From NCBI GenBank assembly GCA_965223155.1, contig CBDCVR010000014.1, positions 1,152,001-1,216,000 of the forward strand: a stretch of 64,000 nt of DNA. Reading direction: 5' to 3'. Positions within the stretch are counted from its first letter, which is position 1; the number at the start of each line of letters is the position of its first letter. Below are positions 51,600 to 60,387 of the stretch, one piece after another. The notes beneath the pieces were generated by a model. It did no database searches and was not told the origin of the DNA. It was given only the letters and a program-made list of their open reading frames with translations. Made by a program: the position numbers and the translations under genes. The stretch comes from Candidatus Multivoradales bacterium (GTDB taxonomy: Bacteria > Acidobacteriota > Thermoanaerobaculia > Multivoradales > JAHEKO01).

Positions 51600-52655
51600 A
51601 TGCAACTCGGAATCGTAGGCTTTCCCAAGACCGGCAAGACCACGCTCTTCAACCTCCTGACCCGCTCCCAGGAGACGACCGACAAGTTCTCGCAGAGCTC
51701 GGAGGCCCACGTCGCGCTGTGCCGCGTGCCCGACGCCCGGCTGGACCGCTTGAGCGAGCTCTTCCAACCCAAGAAGCACTCGCCGGCGACGGTGCAATTC
51801 GTCGACATTCCCGGCGTTACCCGCCAAGAAGGCGCGGCCGATCTCAACTTGACGAGCTTGAAGGACGTCGACGCCCTGGTGCACGTGGTGCGCGCCTTCG
51901 AAGACGACGAGATTCCGCACCCCGAGGGCTCGATCGATCCGGCCCGCGATCTCGCCTCGTTCGACCTCGAGCTGGTGTTCGCGGATCTCGAGCTGGTGGA
52001 ACGGCGGCTCGAGCGCCTGGAGAAGAACAAGAAGCGCGGCCTCAGTGCCAACGAGAAAGCCGAGACCGAGCTTCTTGCCGGCACCATTCAGCCGGCGCTC
52101 GAGAGTGAAACGCCCGTGCGCGACCTAGAGCTGGCTCCAGACGACGAAAAGAGGCTCCGCGGATTCCAGCTCCTCTCCGCCAAACCCTTGCTGGTGGTGT
52201 GGAACACCGGCGAGTCGAACCTGGACGATCGAGCGCCCGCGCTCGGTGACTCGGTGCGGACGGTGGTGATGAGCTTGCCGATCGAAGAAGAGATCGCCCA
52301 GCTTCCGTCCGCGGAGCAGGCCGACTTTCTGTCCGACCTGGGGCTCGATGAAGCGAGTCTCGACCGGGTTCTGCGAGCCGGCTACGAGCTTCTAGGCTCG
52401 ATCTCGTTCTTCACCGTCGGCGACGACGAATGCAAGGCGTGGACGATTCGCCGGGGCACGAAAGCCCAGCAGGCGGCCGGCACCATCCACTCCGACCTGG
52501 AACGAGGCTTCATCCGGGCCGAAGTCGTCGACTCTGAGACGCTCCTGGAGCTGGGTTCCCTGACCAAGTGCCGCGAAGCCGGGCTCCTGCGGCTGGAAGG
52601 CAAGGACTACGTCGTCGAAGACGGCGAGGTCCTGCACGTGCGCTTCAACGTATAG
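51600..52655 (+). CDS. ychF: YchF/Obg-family ATPase (DUF933 C-terminal TGS domain)
   Basis: GIVGFPKTGKTT, VPDARL, FVDIPG, FFTVG, AAGTIHSDLERGFIRAEV, EGKDYVV. Confidence 0.9.
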   Translation: MQLGIVGFPKTGKTTLFNLLTRSQETTDKFSQSSEAHVALCRVPDARLDRLSELFQPKKHSPATVQFVDIPGVTRQEGAADLNLTSLKDVDALVHVVRAFEDDEIPHPEGSIDPARDLASFDLELVFADLELVERRLERLEKNKKRGLSANEKAETELLAGTIQPALESETPVRDLELAPDDEKRLRGFQLLSAKPLLVVWNTGESNLDDRAPALGDSVRTVVMSLPIEEEIAQLPSAEQADFLSDLGLDEASLDRVLRAGYELLGSISFFTVGDDECKAWTIRRGTKAQQAAGTIHSDLERGFIRAEVVDSETLLELGSLTKCREAGLLRLEGKDYVVEDGEVLHVRFNV

Positions 52656-52768
52656 CCAGCCCGAAGACCGTCCGGCGACCGGAGTGACCAGAGCAACCAG
52701 AGCAGGGCGGCCGACCGAGCCGTCGGCGGTCCCGGCTCGGCGCCAAGCGGGACGGCAGCTTCCGGATC

Positions 52769-53542
52769 TCAGAAAATCGCCAGATCCCGCGCCCGCCGCA
52801 GCACCTCGGCCCCCAACCTGCTGTAGGCCTGGGCGCCCGCCGACCAGCGCTCGTACTCGAAGACGGTCATGCCGTGACGGGTCGCCTCGGCCAGAGTTAC
52901 GTTGACCGGAATCGTGGCGCGAAAGACCTGGCCGCTGTAGGCACGGCGGATCTTGCGCACCAGCTCATCGGTCATGCGCGTGCGGTGATCCACCATGGTC
53001 AGCAGAATCCCGAGGAGACGGGGCTTCTGCCGCCGGGTGGCGCCGATCGCCTGCATTCCTTCCAGGAAGCGCCCGATCGCCTCCAGAGAAAGCTGATGCG
53101 GCAGAACCGGAAGGATGTAGCCGTCCGCGGCCTCCAGGGCGTTGCGGGTCAAGAGCGACAGGCCGGGGGCGCAATCCAGGATCACGAGATCGTAGTGGCT
53201 CCGGATCGGTCTCAGGCGCTCGGAGAGCTTGCGCTCGGGCGAGCGCTTGCGGGCGAGCGCAATTTCGACGGTGGCAAGGTCCATGGTGCCGGTCAGGAGA
53301 TCCAGGCCCCTGAGACCCGTATCGACCAGCGCCTCGGCTGCGGGCACCTCCCCGGCCAGAACGTCGGCGACGGACGGCTTGAGCTGCTCGCGCGGTACCC
53401 CCAGCGCCGTCGACGCGGAGCCCTGGGGGTCCAGGTCAACCAGTAGCACCCGGAGCTCGCTCATGGCGAAGGCCGCGGCCAGGTTGACCGCGGTTGTGGT
53501 CTTGCCGACTCCGCCCTTGACGTTGGTGAGCGCCAGGATCAT
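52769..53542 (-). CDS. ParA/Soj family ATPase (orphan)
   Basis: KGGVGKTT, VDLDPQG, ILDCAP, LGILLTM, IPVNVTLAEA; ATG 53542. Confidence 0.9.
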   Translation of the reverse strand: MILALTNVKGGVGKTTTAVNLAAAFAMSELRVLLVDLDPQGSASTALGVPREQLKPSVADVLAGEVPAAEALVDTGLRGLDLLTGTMDLATVEIALARKRSPERKLSERLRPIRSHYDLVILDCAPGLSLLTRNALEAADGYILPVLPHQLSLEAIGRFLEGMQAIGATRRQKPRLLGILLTMVDHRTRMTDELVRKIRRAYSGQVFRATIPVNVTLAEATRHGMTVFEYERWSAGAQAYSRLGAEVLRRARDLAIF

Positions 53543-53729
53543 CGTTCCGCCGGCAAGTCTAGCGCTTCGGACAGGGCCAAGCGGGGCCGTTTGCAGAACC
53601 CCCAGGAGGGCCAGACCCATCGAGCCCGAGTCCCGCCGGCGCGCGGCGGCAATGTGAGAAGGTCGGACCAAGCCGGCGCGGTCCAATCCCGCTCGGGCCC
53701 CCAGGCTCTGGACTTCCGAGGAGACGAGC

Positions 53730-54416
53730 ATGCCCAAGACCCATTTCCGCCCCGCCCTCTTTCGCTTCTTGCGAGAGCTCAAGGCCAACAATGACCGCGA
53801 CTGGTTCAAGGCCAATCAGGAGCGCTACGAAGACGCGGTCAGGGAGCCGGCGCTGGCGTTCATCAGCGATTTCGGACCCAAGCTCGAGGCCATCAGCCCT
53901 CAGTTCCTGGCGGTGCCCAAGAAGGTGGGCGGTTCGCTCTTTCGCATCCACCGCGACGTCCGCTTCGCTCGGGACAAGAGCCCGTACAAGACCCACACCG
54001 GCATTCAGTTTCGCCACAAGCAGGGACGCGACGCCCACGCCCCGGGCTTCTACCTGCACCTGGAACCCGGCCGCTGCTTCGCCGGCGCCGGCATCTGGCG
54101 TCCGGACGGCGAGGCCACCAAGAAGATCCGGAGCTACATTGCCGCCAACCCGGCGACCTGGAAGCGAGCGGTCCATGGCAGCCGTTTTCGCGACACCTTC
54201 GAGCTTTCGGGAGACAGCCTCAAGCGACCTCCGCGCGGGTTCGATCCCGAGCACCCGTTGGTCGCCGACCTCAAGCGCAAGGACTTCATCGGAGTCGCCA
54301 AGATCAGCCAGAAGGACATCACCTCGGCCGGCTTCCTCAATCAGTACGCGGCTCTGTGCCGGCGGGGCGCGCCGCTCATCCGGGCTCTGTGCGAAGCGGT
54401 CGGAATGCCCTTCTAG
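53730..54416 (+). CDS. DUF2461 (TIGR02453) family protein
   Basis: NNDRDWF, FRIHRDVRFARDKSPYK, PGFYLH, LKRPPRGF. Confidence 0.9.
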   Translation: MPKTHFRPALFRFLRELKANNDRDWFKANQERYEDAVREPALAFISDFGPKLEAISPQFLAVPKKVGGSLFRIHRDVRFARDKSPYKTHTGIQFRHKQGRDAHAPGFYLHLEPGRCFAGAGIWRPDGEATKKIRSYIAANPATWKRAVHGSRFRDTFELSGDSLKRPPRGFDPEHPLVADLKRKDFIGVAKISQKDITSAGFLNQYAALCRRGAPLIRALCEAVGMPF

Positions 54417-54432
54417 CCGCCCGTCGCCACGC

Positions 54433-55680
54433 TCACGACAAGCCCGGCAGACGCCACGCGGTCAAGCGCAGGCTGGCCTCGACTCCCTGCGGGGCCTCGT
54501 CCTCGCCAATTCCGTAGTAGCTCCTCAGTTGGTCCTCGAGCTGGGAGGCGAGCACCACCACGCCGCCGTCGTCCTGAGGCAAGAGATGGAAAGCGGCCGC
54601 CCCGTCCGGAAGCCGGTAGGCGCCGAGCTCCAGGCCCAACCGGCGGGCGCGGACGGCGGTCAGGGCTAGCCCGGCAAGCTCCTCGACGACCCGCAGCTTG
54701 ACCGCGCCGTCTCTCATGTTGGGGATGAGGATGTTCGCGATCACGGTCGTCGCTCGCGCTTTGTCCGCGGCGTTCTCACCGGTGGCGTCGGGCGGCGTCA
54801 GAAGCTCGGCCAGCGGCCGCCGGCTCCAGGCGGCGAGCTCGACCCAACGATTCGCGATCTCGGTCGCCACCTGCTTGGCGAAGACCGGATAGATCGGACC
54901 CGCGACCCGGGTCTCCTGCGGATGGAGATCGGGACGCTGGACGAAGCGCAGGGCAAACGCGCCCTCGGCGGCCAGCGCCTCCGCCACCCTGGGCTCGGCC
55001 AGGCGCCGGCGGAGCCGGTCCTCGACGTCGCCGAGGACACCGTCCCCGACGTCGGGCCGGGCCACGAGCTCATGGATGACCTCGAGCCAGGCCCGGTCGG
55101 CGACGACCGCCACCAGCGAGCCGACCAAATTGGGCTGACCGTGCAGACACGAGCTCAAGACCTCGAGGGTCGTCAGCGCCGATGCCGTCTCGTCCCAGTT
55201 CCCGCCATCCATTGCCGAGTAGGCCTGCGCGCGAAGCAACCGGACCGCCCGGATCGCCGGTTGCGACCAGCTCACCGCTTGACTCGGAAGGTCGTCCCAG
55301 ACGCAGCCGGATCGCCCGGCCGCGGCCCGCAGCCCGTCGAGCTCGGACCGATGGGCCGCAAGCCAGGCCACGACCGCGCGGCGATCGGTCTCGTCCCAAG
55401 CCGACGGCGGACCCAGGCCTTGAGGCTCGCCGTCGCCGGAAGCTTGCCCGACCGCGTCCAGAAAGCCCGAAACCTGGTTCGATTCGGGCTCGATCGCCGG
55501 CCGCAGATAGGTCGTATGGTCGGCCGGACCGACCTCTCGTTCGTAGCGCAGGACCGCATCCTCGTAGGCGCTCTCGGCGCGGGTCAGGAAGAGCCAGTAG
55601 AGAACGGACAGGAAGACGGCGCCCACCAGCGTCCAGACGAAGACGGTGCGCGCGAAGCGTCCCGGCCGCATGCCACTCAC
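54433..55680 (-). CDS. Hypothetical membrane-anchored helical protein
   Basis: N-terminal TM helix and long alpha-helical body. Confidence 0.6.
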   Translation of the reverse strand: MSGMRPGRFARTVFVWTLVGAVFLSVLYWLFLTRAESAYEDAVLRYEREVGPADHTTYLRPAIEPESNQVSGFLDAVGQASGDGEPQGLGPPSAWDETDRRAVVAWLAAHRSELDGLRAAAGRSGCVWDDLPSQAVSWSQPAIRAVRLLRAQAYSAMDGGNWDETASALTTLEVLSSCLHGQPNLVGSLVAVVADRAWLEVIHELVARPDVGDGVLGDVEDRLRRRLAEPRVAEALAAEGAFALRFVQRPDLHPQETRVAGPIYPVFAKQVATEIANRWVELAAWSRRPLAELLTPPDATGENAADKARATTVIANILIPNMRDGAVKLRVVEELAGLALTAVRARRLGLELGAYRLPDGAAAFHLLPQDDGGVVVLASQLEDQLRSYYGIGEDEAPQGVEASLRLTAWRLPGLS

Positions 55681-55903
55681 GCCGGGAGCCTAGCAGCCCA
55701 TGGTCGAAGTCCAGAGGGTCGCGCGACAAGGTCCCCCCGGGCCGCATCCACGGCACGACGACGATTCGATGCGGTGCCTCGGAGACGGCCGGGAGCCCGG
55801 CCGACGTGCAGCAACCCATTCGTCGCCACGCCCGCTTCCCCGAGGGCGGTGAGCCCACGGGCGGATAGAATTCGCCCGGATCGTCGAATTGATACTCGAA
55901 CTG

Positions 55904-56251
55904 ATGCTCGAACTAATCTGCACCCGGACCTGAAGCACCTGTCGCAAGGCGGTCGCCTTGCTCGACGAACACGGCATCGACTACCGCTACCGCGAGTATC
56001 GTAAGGAGCCACTCTCGCAGGCCGAGATCGCGCGCATCCTGGACCTCTTGGGAGCCACGCCGCGCGACCTGCTGCGCACGCGCGATCGTGCCTACCGGGA
56101 GCTCGGCCTGACGGGGACCGAGACCGACGCCGCCTTGATTGCTTTCATGGCCGAGCATCCGACCCTGCTCCAGCGTCCCATCGCCGTGACCGAGACCAGC
56201 GCCGTTCTCGGACGCCCGGTCGAGAACCTCCTGAGCTTGACTCCGAGCTGA
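55904..56251 (+). CDS. arsC: ArsC/Spx-family selenoprotein (Sec at UGA 55931-55933)
   Basis: ATG 55904 reads MLELICTRT-UGA-STCRKA in frame with the track ORF; LLRTR, LLQRPI and LGRP conserved; SECIS-like hairpin follows the UGA. Confidence 0.85.
55941..55966 (+). promoter_or_regulatory. Bacterial SECIS-like hairpin
   Basis: GTC-GCAAGGC-[GGTC]-GCCTTGC-TC-GAC; 17 nt between the UGA and the loop. Confidence 0.75.
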
Positions 56252-56270
56252 CGCGCCGGTCCCGGCGGCC

Positions 56271-57458
56271 TCAGGCCACGATCTCGAGCGCGTGGCTGCG
56301 CCGGAAAAAGACCAGCCGCCCCTCCTCGACGTCGATGTCCACGACGTCTCCAGGCTCGACGCTCTCGGCCGCGATCAGCCGCGACAGGGGGTCCACCAGC
56401 TCGCTCTCCACCGCCCGCCGCAAGGGCCGGGCTCCCAGCCGGAGGTCGGTTCCCCGCTCCACGATCCAGCGGCGCGCCGCCGGCGTCGGGCGGATCAGGA
56501 TCGGCACGCCGGCGTACTTCAGAGCGCGGTCGTGGACCTCGGCCAGGAACTTGTCGAAGATGGCTTCCAGATCCTCTTCCTCGAGCGCTGAGTAGACCAG
56601 CACCTCGTCGAAGCGGTTCAGGAACTCGGCGGGAAAGCTCTCCCGCGCCGCCTTGAGCGTCAGCTCCACCACGGCGTCGTCGGTCTCGGCCGTGGAGCGG
56701 TCGTCCCGGCCGAAGCCCACCGGTGCCCGTTCCAGAAAGCGGCCCAGCTCGGCACTGCCCACATTCGAAGTGAGCAAGATGATCGAGCCGGTGAGGTCGG
56801 TCGTCTGGTTGTTCCCCAGTGTCAACGTCCCGTCCTCCAGGACTCCCAGGAGCGCGTTCCACAACGCCGGATCGGCTTTCTCGATCTCATCGAAGAGCAA
56901 CACCGAAACGCAGGCGTCCGGGTCGCCGGCGACGATTCTCTCGGCCAGCGGCGCCTCAGCGGCCGGGCCGTCCTCTCCGGCCTTCTTGAGCCGGCGGTGC
57001 GGAGCGTCGATCAAGCCCTGGCTCAGCAGCGGCTCGGTCTGGTGCCCGACGTAGCCGGGCGGCGAGCCCAAAAGCTTGGCGATCTCGTGCCCATGGGCGT
57101 ACTCCTCGCAGTTGATCCGGGTCAGTGCCGTTTCGTCACCGAAACAGGCCTCGGCGACCGCTTTGGCGGTCTCGGTCTTGCCGACGCCGGTCGGCCCCAG
57201 AAGCAGGGCCGTCATCAGCGGCCGGCGTGGATCGCGCAGCCCCGAGAGCAGGCGCGACGATGAGCCGACCAAAGCCGCAATGGCCCGCTCCTGACCGATC
57301 ACCCGCCGGTCGAGCGCTTCGGCCAGAGGCTGGATCGCCCGCGCCGGCCGCTCGGTGTCGAGTCGTTCGCGCGGAGCTAGCTCGAGCAGCCCTTCGGCGT
57401 GACGCGACACCCGGAGATCGGTCGTACGTGCCTCAACATCGACCTCGAACTTGGTCAT
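56271..57458 (-). CDS. Stand-alone ClpA/B/C second AAA+ module (AAA_2 plus D2-small)
   Basis: VIGQ, GPTGVGKT, GSPPGYVG, LLFDEIEKA, TSNVG, EFLNRFD, GARPLRR; ATG 57458. Confidence 0.88.
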   Translation of the reverse strand: MTKFEVDVEARTTDLRVSRHAEGLLELAPRERLDTERPARAIQPLAEALDRRVIGQERAIAALVGSSSRLLSGLRDPRRPLMTALLLGPTGVGKTETAKAVAEACFGDETALTRINCEEYAHGHEIAKLLGSPPGYVGHQTEPLLSQGLIDAPHRRLKKAGEDGPAAEAPLAERIVAGDPDACVSVLLFDEIEKADPALWNALLGVLEDGTLTLGNNQTTDLTGSIILLTSNVGSAELGRFLERAPVGFGRDDRSTAETDDAVVELTLKAARESFPAEFLNRFDEVLVYSALEEEDLEAIFDKFLAEVHDRALKYAGVPILIRPTPAARRWIVERGTDLRLGARPLRRAVESELVDPLSRLIAAESVEPGDVVDIDVEEGRLVFFRRSHALEIVA

Positions 57459-57651
57459 GGTAGGACCCCCATTGAGAAGAAGGTGAGGCCGACCAAGAAG
57501 GGCAAGGGCGCGATGGAAGCCGCTGGAACCGCCTTCGCACGGGCACCGGAGCCGGCATGCTCGCAAGCGGTAGCAGGACGCTTGCAAGCGCGCCGGATAG
57601 AGCGTGTACGAAGTGGGTTCCAGTGATTCTTCTCATCTCACCCGTTCTCTA

Positions 57652-57667
57652 CGCAACAGCCGTGCCG
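57652..57667 (-). promoter_or_regulatory. sigma54 (-24/-12) promoter
   Basis: cGGCACGgctgTTGCg versus consensus TGGCACG-N4-TTGCW. Confidence 0.65.
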
Positions 57668-57727
57668 GGGCCATGGCTTGCTAGCAGCGCGGGACGCCGG
57701 AACTTGACGGGGCGGACCCTGGCGGCG

Positions 57728-58432
57728 TCAGTCGAGCTCGAAGAGACGGCGAACTTCAGCCGGGACCTGGAAGGACTCCGTCTCCGAGCGCCGAGCCCGT
57801 AGAAACCGCACGGTCAGGGCATAGGCCTGGCGTTCTTGGGCAATGCGCCGGTACTCGAAGTCTTCCCGGGCCCAGCCGGCAACGTAGCGCCGCATGTACT
57901 CCTCGAAGCCCAGCTCCTCGTACTGCGTCAGGTGCACGAGCTCGTGAAACAGCAGGCCTTCGCTTGGCTCGAACCGGGCTGCGCCGTTCCTGGCCACCGG
58001 CCCAGCCACCAGGATGGTATCGATCAGGGCCAGCCCTGAGGCGTGGGCGAGGTCCAGCGGATAGGGCTCGCCCAGCCGGTCGAAGAGTCGGAACACTTCG
58101 GGATTCCGGAACCGTTCGACCACCGCGATCCGCGCGCCGTCCAGGACGCTTCGAGAAAAATAGGGCTCGAAGAGACGCCGCTGCGCGGACGACAGCGGCA
58201 GCGCGCGGTCCCTGTGGCGATCCCGCTCGTCCCGCACCCACTCGCTGAGCCCGGTCTCGAGACGCTCGATCTCAGCCGGCGTGAGTCGTCCGGGCGAGCG
58301 GCCGTCGCCGGCGTCGGCTTGCGGCTGGGAACAACCCAACCAGAATGCCGATACCGGCAGGACCGCGAGCACCACGGCGGCCAACCTCCCGAATGTCGTT
58401 CGGGTGGGACGAAGCGAAGAATCAACCGGCAC
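57728..58432 (-). CDS. HExxH zinc-metallopeptidase-like lipoprotein (DUF4157-like)
   Basis: WLGC lipobox, LLFHELVHLTQY, QERQAY. Confidence 0.7.
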   Translation of the reverse strand: MPVDSSLRPTRTTFGRLAAVVLAVLPVSAFWLGCSQPQADAGDGRSPGRLTPAEIERLETGLSEWVRDERDRHRDRALPLSSAQRRLFEPYFSRSVLDGARIAVVERFRNPEVFRLFDRLGEPYPLDLAHASGLALIDTILVAGPVARNGAARFEPSEGLLFHELVHLTQYEELGFEEYMRRYVAGWAREDFEYRRIAQERQAYALTVRFLRARRSETESFQVPAEVRRLFELD

Positions 58433-58496
58433 CGCCGGATGGTACCTCGCCCTCCCGCGGGATCCCGTCCAGCCGGGATTCGACTACCATACGCGG

Positions 58497-59666
58497 ATGC
58501 AAGTTCGAACCCGACCCTCCTCGTTCCCGGACGCCGTCTTCTCGCTAGCCCTCCTGGTAGCCGTAAGCGCGCTGGCACCCGCTGCCGCCCGCGCGGATCA
58601 CCACGATCCCAATCCCCCGGCGCCCGGCTTCCTTCTCGAAGAGTCCCACGCCGAAGCGCTGGAGATCGCCGACCGCGTCATGGACCGCCTCGGCGGCCGC
58701 GCCGCGCTGGATCGAACGCGCTTCGTGACCTGGAAATTCTTCGGCCGGCGCTTCCACGTCTGGGACCGGCACTCGGGCGACATTCGTGTCGAAGGCACGG
58801 ACCGGGAAAGCGGCGAGACCTACCTGGTTTTGATGAACCTCGACTCCAAGAAGGGACGTGCCTGGCGCGAGGGTGCCGAGGTCGAGGGCGAGGCTCTGGG
58901 CACCCTGCTCGAGCTGGGCGAATCGGCCTGGATCAATGACAGCTATTGGCTCTTCATGCCCTACAAGCTCAAGGACACGGGTGTCGTGCTGCGCTACGTG
59001 GGCGAGGGCACGATGCTCGACGGCGGCACCGCCGACGTCCTCGAGCTGACCTTTCGCGAAGTCGGGAAGACGCCCGAGAACCGCTACCACGTCTACGTCG
59101 GACGGGACTCCGATCTGGTCGAGCAATGGGACTTCTACACCCGCGCCGAAGACGAGGAACCGCGTTTCCGGATTCCCTGGCGGAACTGGCGCCAGCACGG
59201 CGACATCCTGCTGTCCGACGACCGCGGCCGCGGCAAACACTCGGACCTGGCGGTGTTCGACGAGCTCCCGTCAGCGGTCTTCACCAGCCCCGAACCGGTG
59301 GACCTGGACTCCTTCCCGCGCGCGGCTTCGAGCCGCAGCCTGACCGGGCAGCCGATCTATGCCGTCGAAGGCGAGGTCGTCAAACCGGCGCTCCTCGAAT
59401 CAGCCGCGCCGCAGTATCCCGAAGCCGCACGCGACGCCGGCACCGAGGGCCTCGTCGTGGTCAAGACCGTAATCGGAGCCGACGGTTCCATCCGGGACGC
59501 CTGGGTCGATGAATCGCTCACCGAAGAGCTCGACGCGGCGGCGCTCGAAGCGATCCGCGCCTGGCGCTTCGAGCCCGCGACTCTGGGCGGCGAAGCGGTA
59601 CCCGTCTACTACACCCTGACCGTCAACTTCCAGTTGGACGGGGAGCCGGCCGAAGACTCCGACTAG
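58497..59666 (+). CDS. Exported protein: DUF6503/LolA-like N-terminal domain fused to a TonB C-terminal domain
   Basis: Signal peptide; VMDRLGG, WINDSYWLFMPYKLKD, VGKTPENRY; C-terminal PQYPEAAR..G.V.V..VIGADG..AALEAIRAWRFEPA. Confidence 0.75.
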   Translation: MQVRTRPSSFPDAVFSLALLVAVSALAPAAARADHHDPNPPAPGFLLEESHAEALEIADRVMDRLGGRAALDRTRFVTWKFFGRRFHVWDRHSGDIRVEGTDRESGETYLVLMNLDSKKGRAWREGAEVEGEALGTLLELGESAWINDSYWLFMPYKLKDTGVVLRYVGEGTMLDGGTADVLELTFREVGKTPENRYHVYVGRDSDLVEQWDFYTRAEDEEPRFRIPWRNWRQHGDILLSDDRGRGKHSDLAVFDELPSAVFTSPEPVDLDSFPRAASSRSLTGQPIYAVEGEVVKPALLESAAPQYPEAARDAGTEGLVVVKTVIGADGSIRDAWVDESLTEELDAAALEAIRAWRFEPATLGGEAVPVYYTLTVNFQLDGEPAEDSD

Positions 59667-59735
59667 GCCGAAAGCCCTGAGCCGATCGGGAGCCGGTTGC
59701 CCAGCCCACCTGGCAGGTCGGCTGGGCGCCTGAGC

Positions 59736-60293
59736 CTACGACCGCCGCATCTGGCGCTTCGCCAGCTTGATCCGGCGCCGCGCTCGCTTCAAAGCAACAC
59801 GGTCTCCGGAGGCGAGGGCCTCGTCCCGCTTGGCCTTGAGCTCGGCCATGCGCGCCTTGGCCTCGCTCTTGACCGCCTGCGCGGCTTCTGCGGCAGCAGC
59901 GGCCTTGGCCTGGGCTTCGGCTTCGGCGGCAGCGGCGGCCGCCGCCTCGGCATCCGACTCGCCGGAGTCCCCCTCGTCTTCCGCGCTCTCGGTCTCTGAG
60001 GCGTCCTCCTCGGCAGACGCTTCGCCTTCGGATTCCGCCACGGGATCAGCAGCCGTGTCCTCGTCCCCCCCATCGGTGGGCTCCGCCTCGGAGGGCTCTG
60101 ATCCTGAGTCTTCGGTCGACTCGGCGGCGGCTTCGGCAGCCTCTTCGGCCGGCGATTCTTCAGGAGTCTCGGCCGCGGCCTCGTCGGACGATTCCTCTAC
60201 GGCCTCGGTGGATTCTTCGGTGGACGACGCTTCAGCGGTTTCTTCGGCCGCCTCGGCGGTTTCTTCGACTTCGGGTGTCTGCTCGTCAGACAT
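59736..60293 (-). CDS. Acidic low-complexity protein with basic C-terminal helical hairpin
   Basis: E/A/S-rich for about 130 aa, then KARMAELKAKRDEALASGDRVALKRARRRIKLAKRQMRRS; GAGAGGAG RBS. Confidence 0.75.
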   Translation of the reverse strand: MSDEQTPEVEETAEAAEETAEASSTEESTEAVEESSDEAAAETPEESPAEEAAEAAAESTEDSGSEPSEAEPTDGGDEDTAADPVAESEGEASAEEDASETESAEDEGDSGESDAEAAAAAAAEAEAQAKAAAAAEAAQAVKSEAKARMAELKAKRDEALASGDRVALKRARRRIKLAKRQMRRS

Positions 60294-60387
60294 TGCGTGG
60301 ATCTCCTCTCACAAAAGAGCTTGGATCTTACCTTCCTTTCGGTCAGGATAGGTGATTCACGCCGTCAACTTCCCGGAGATCCCGTCC

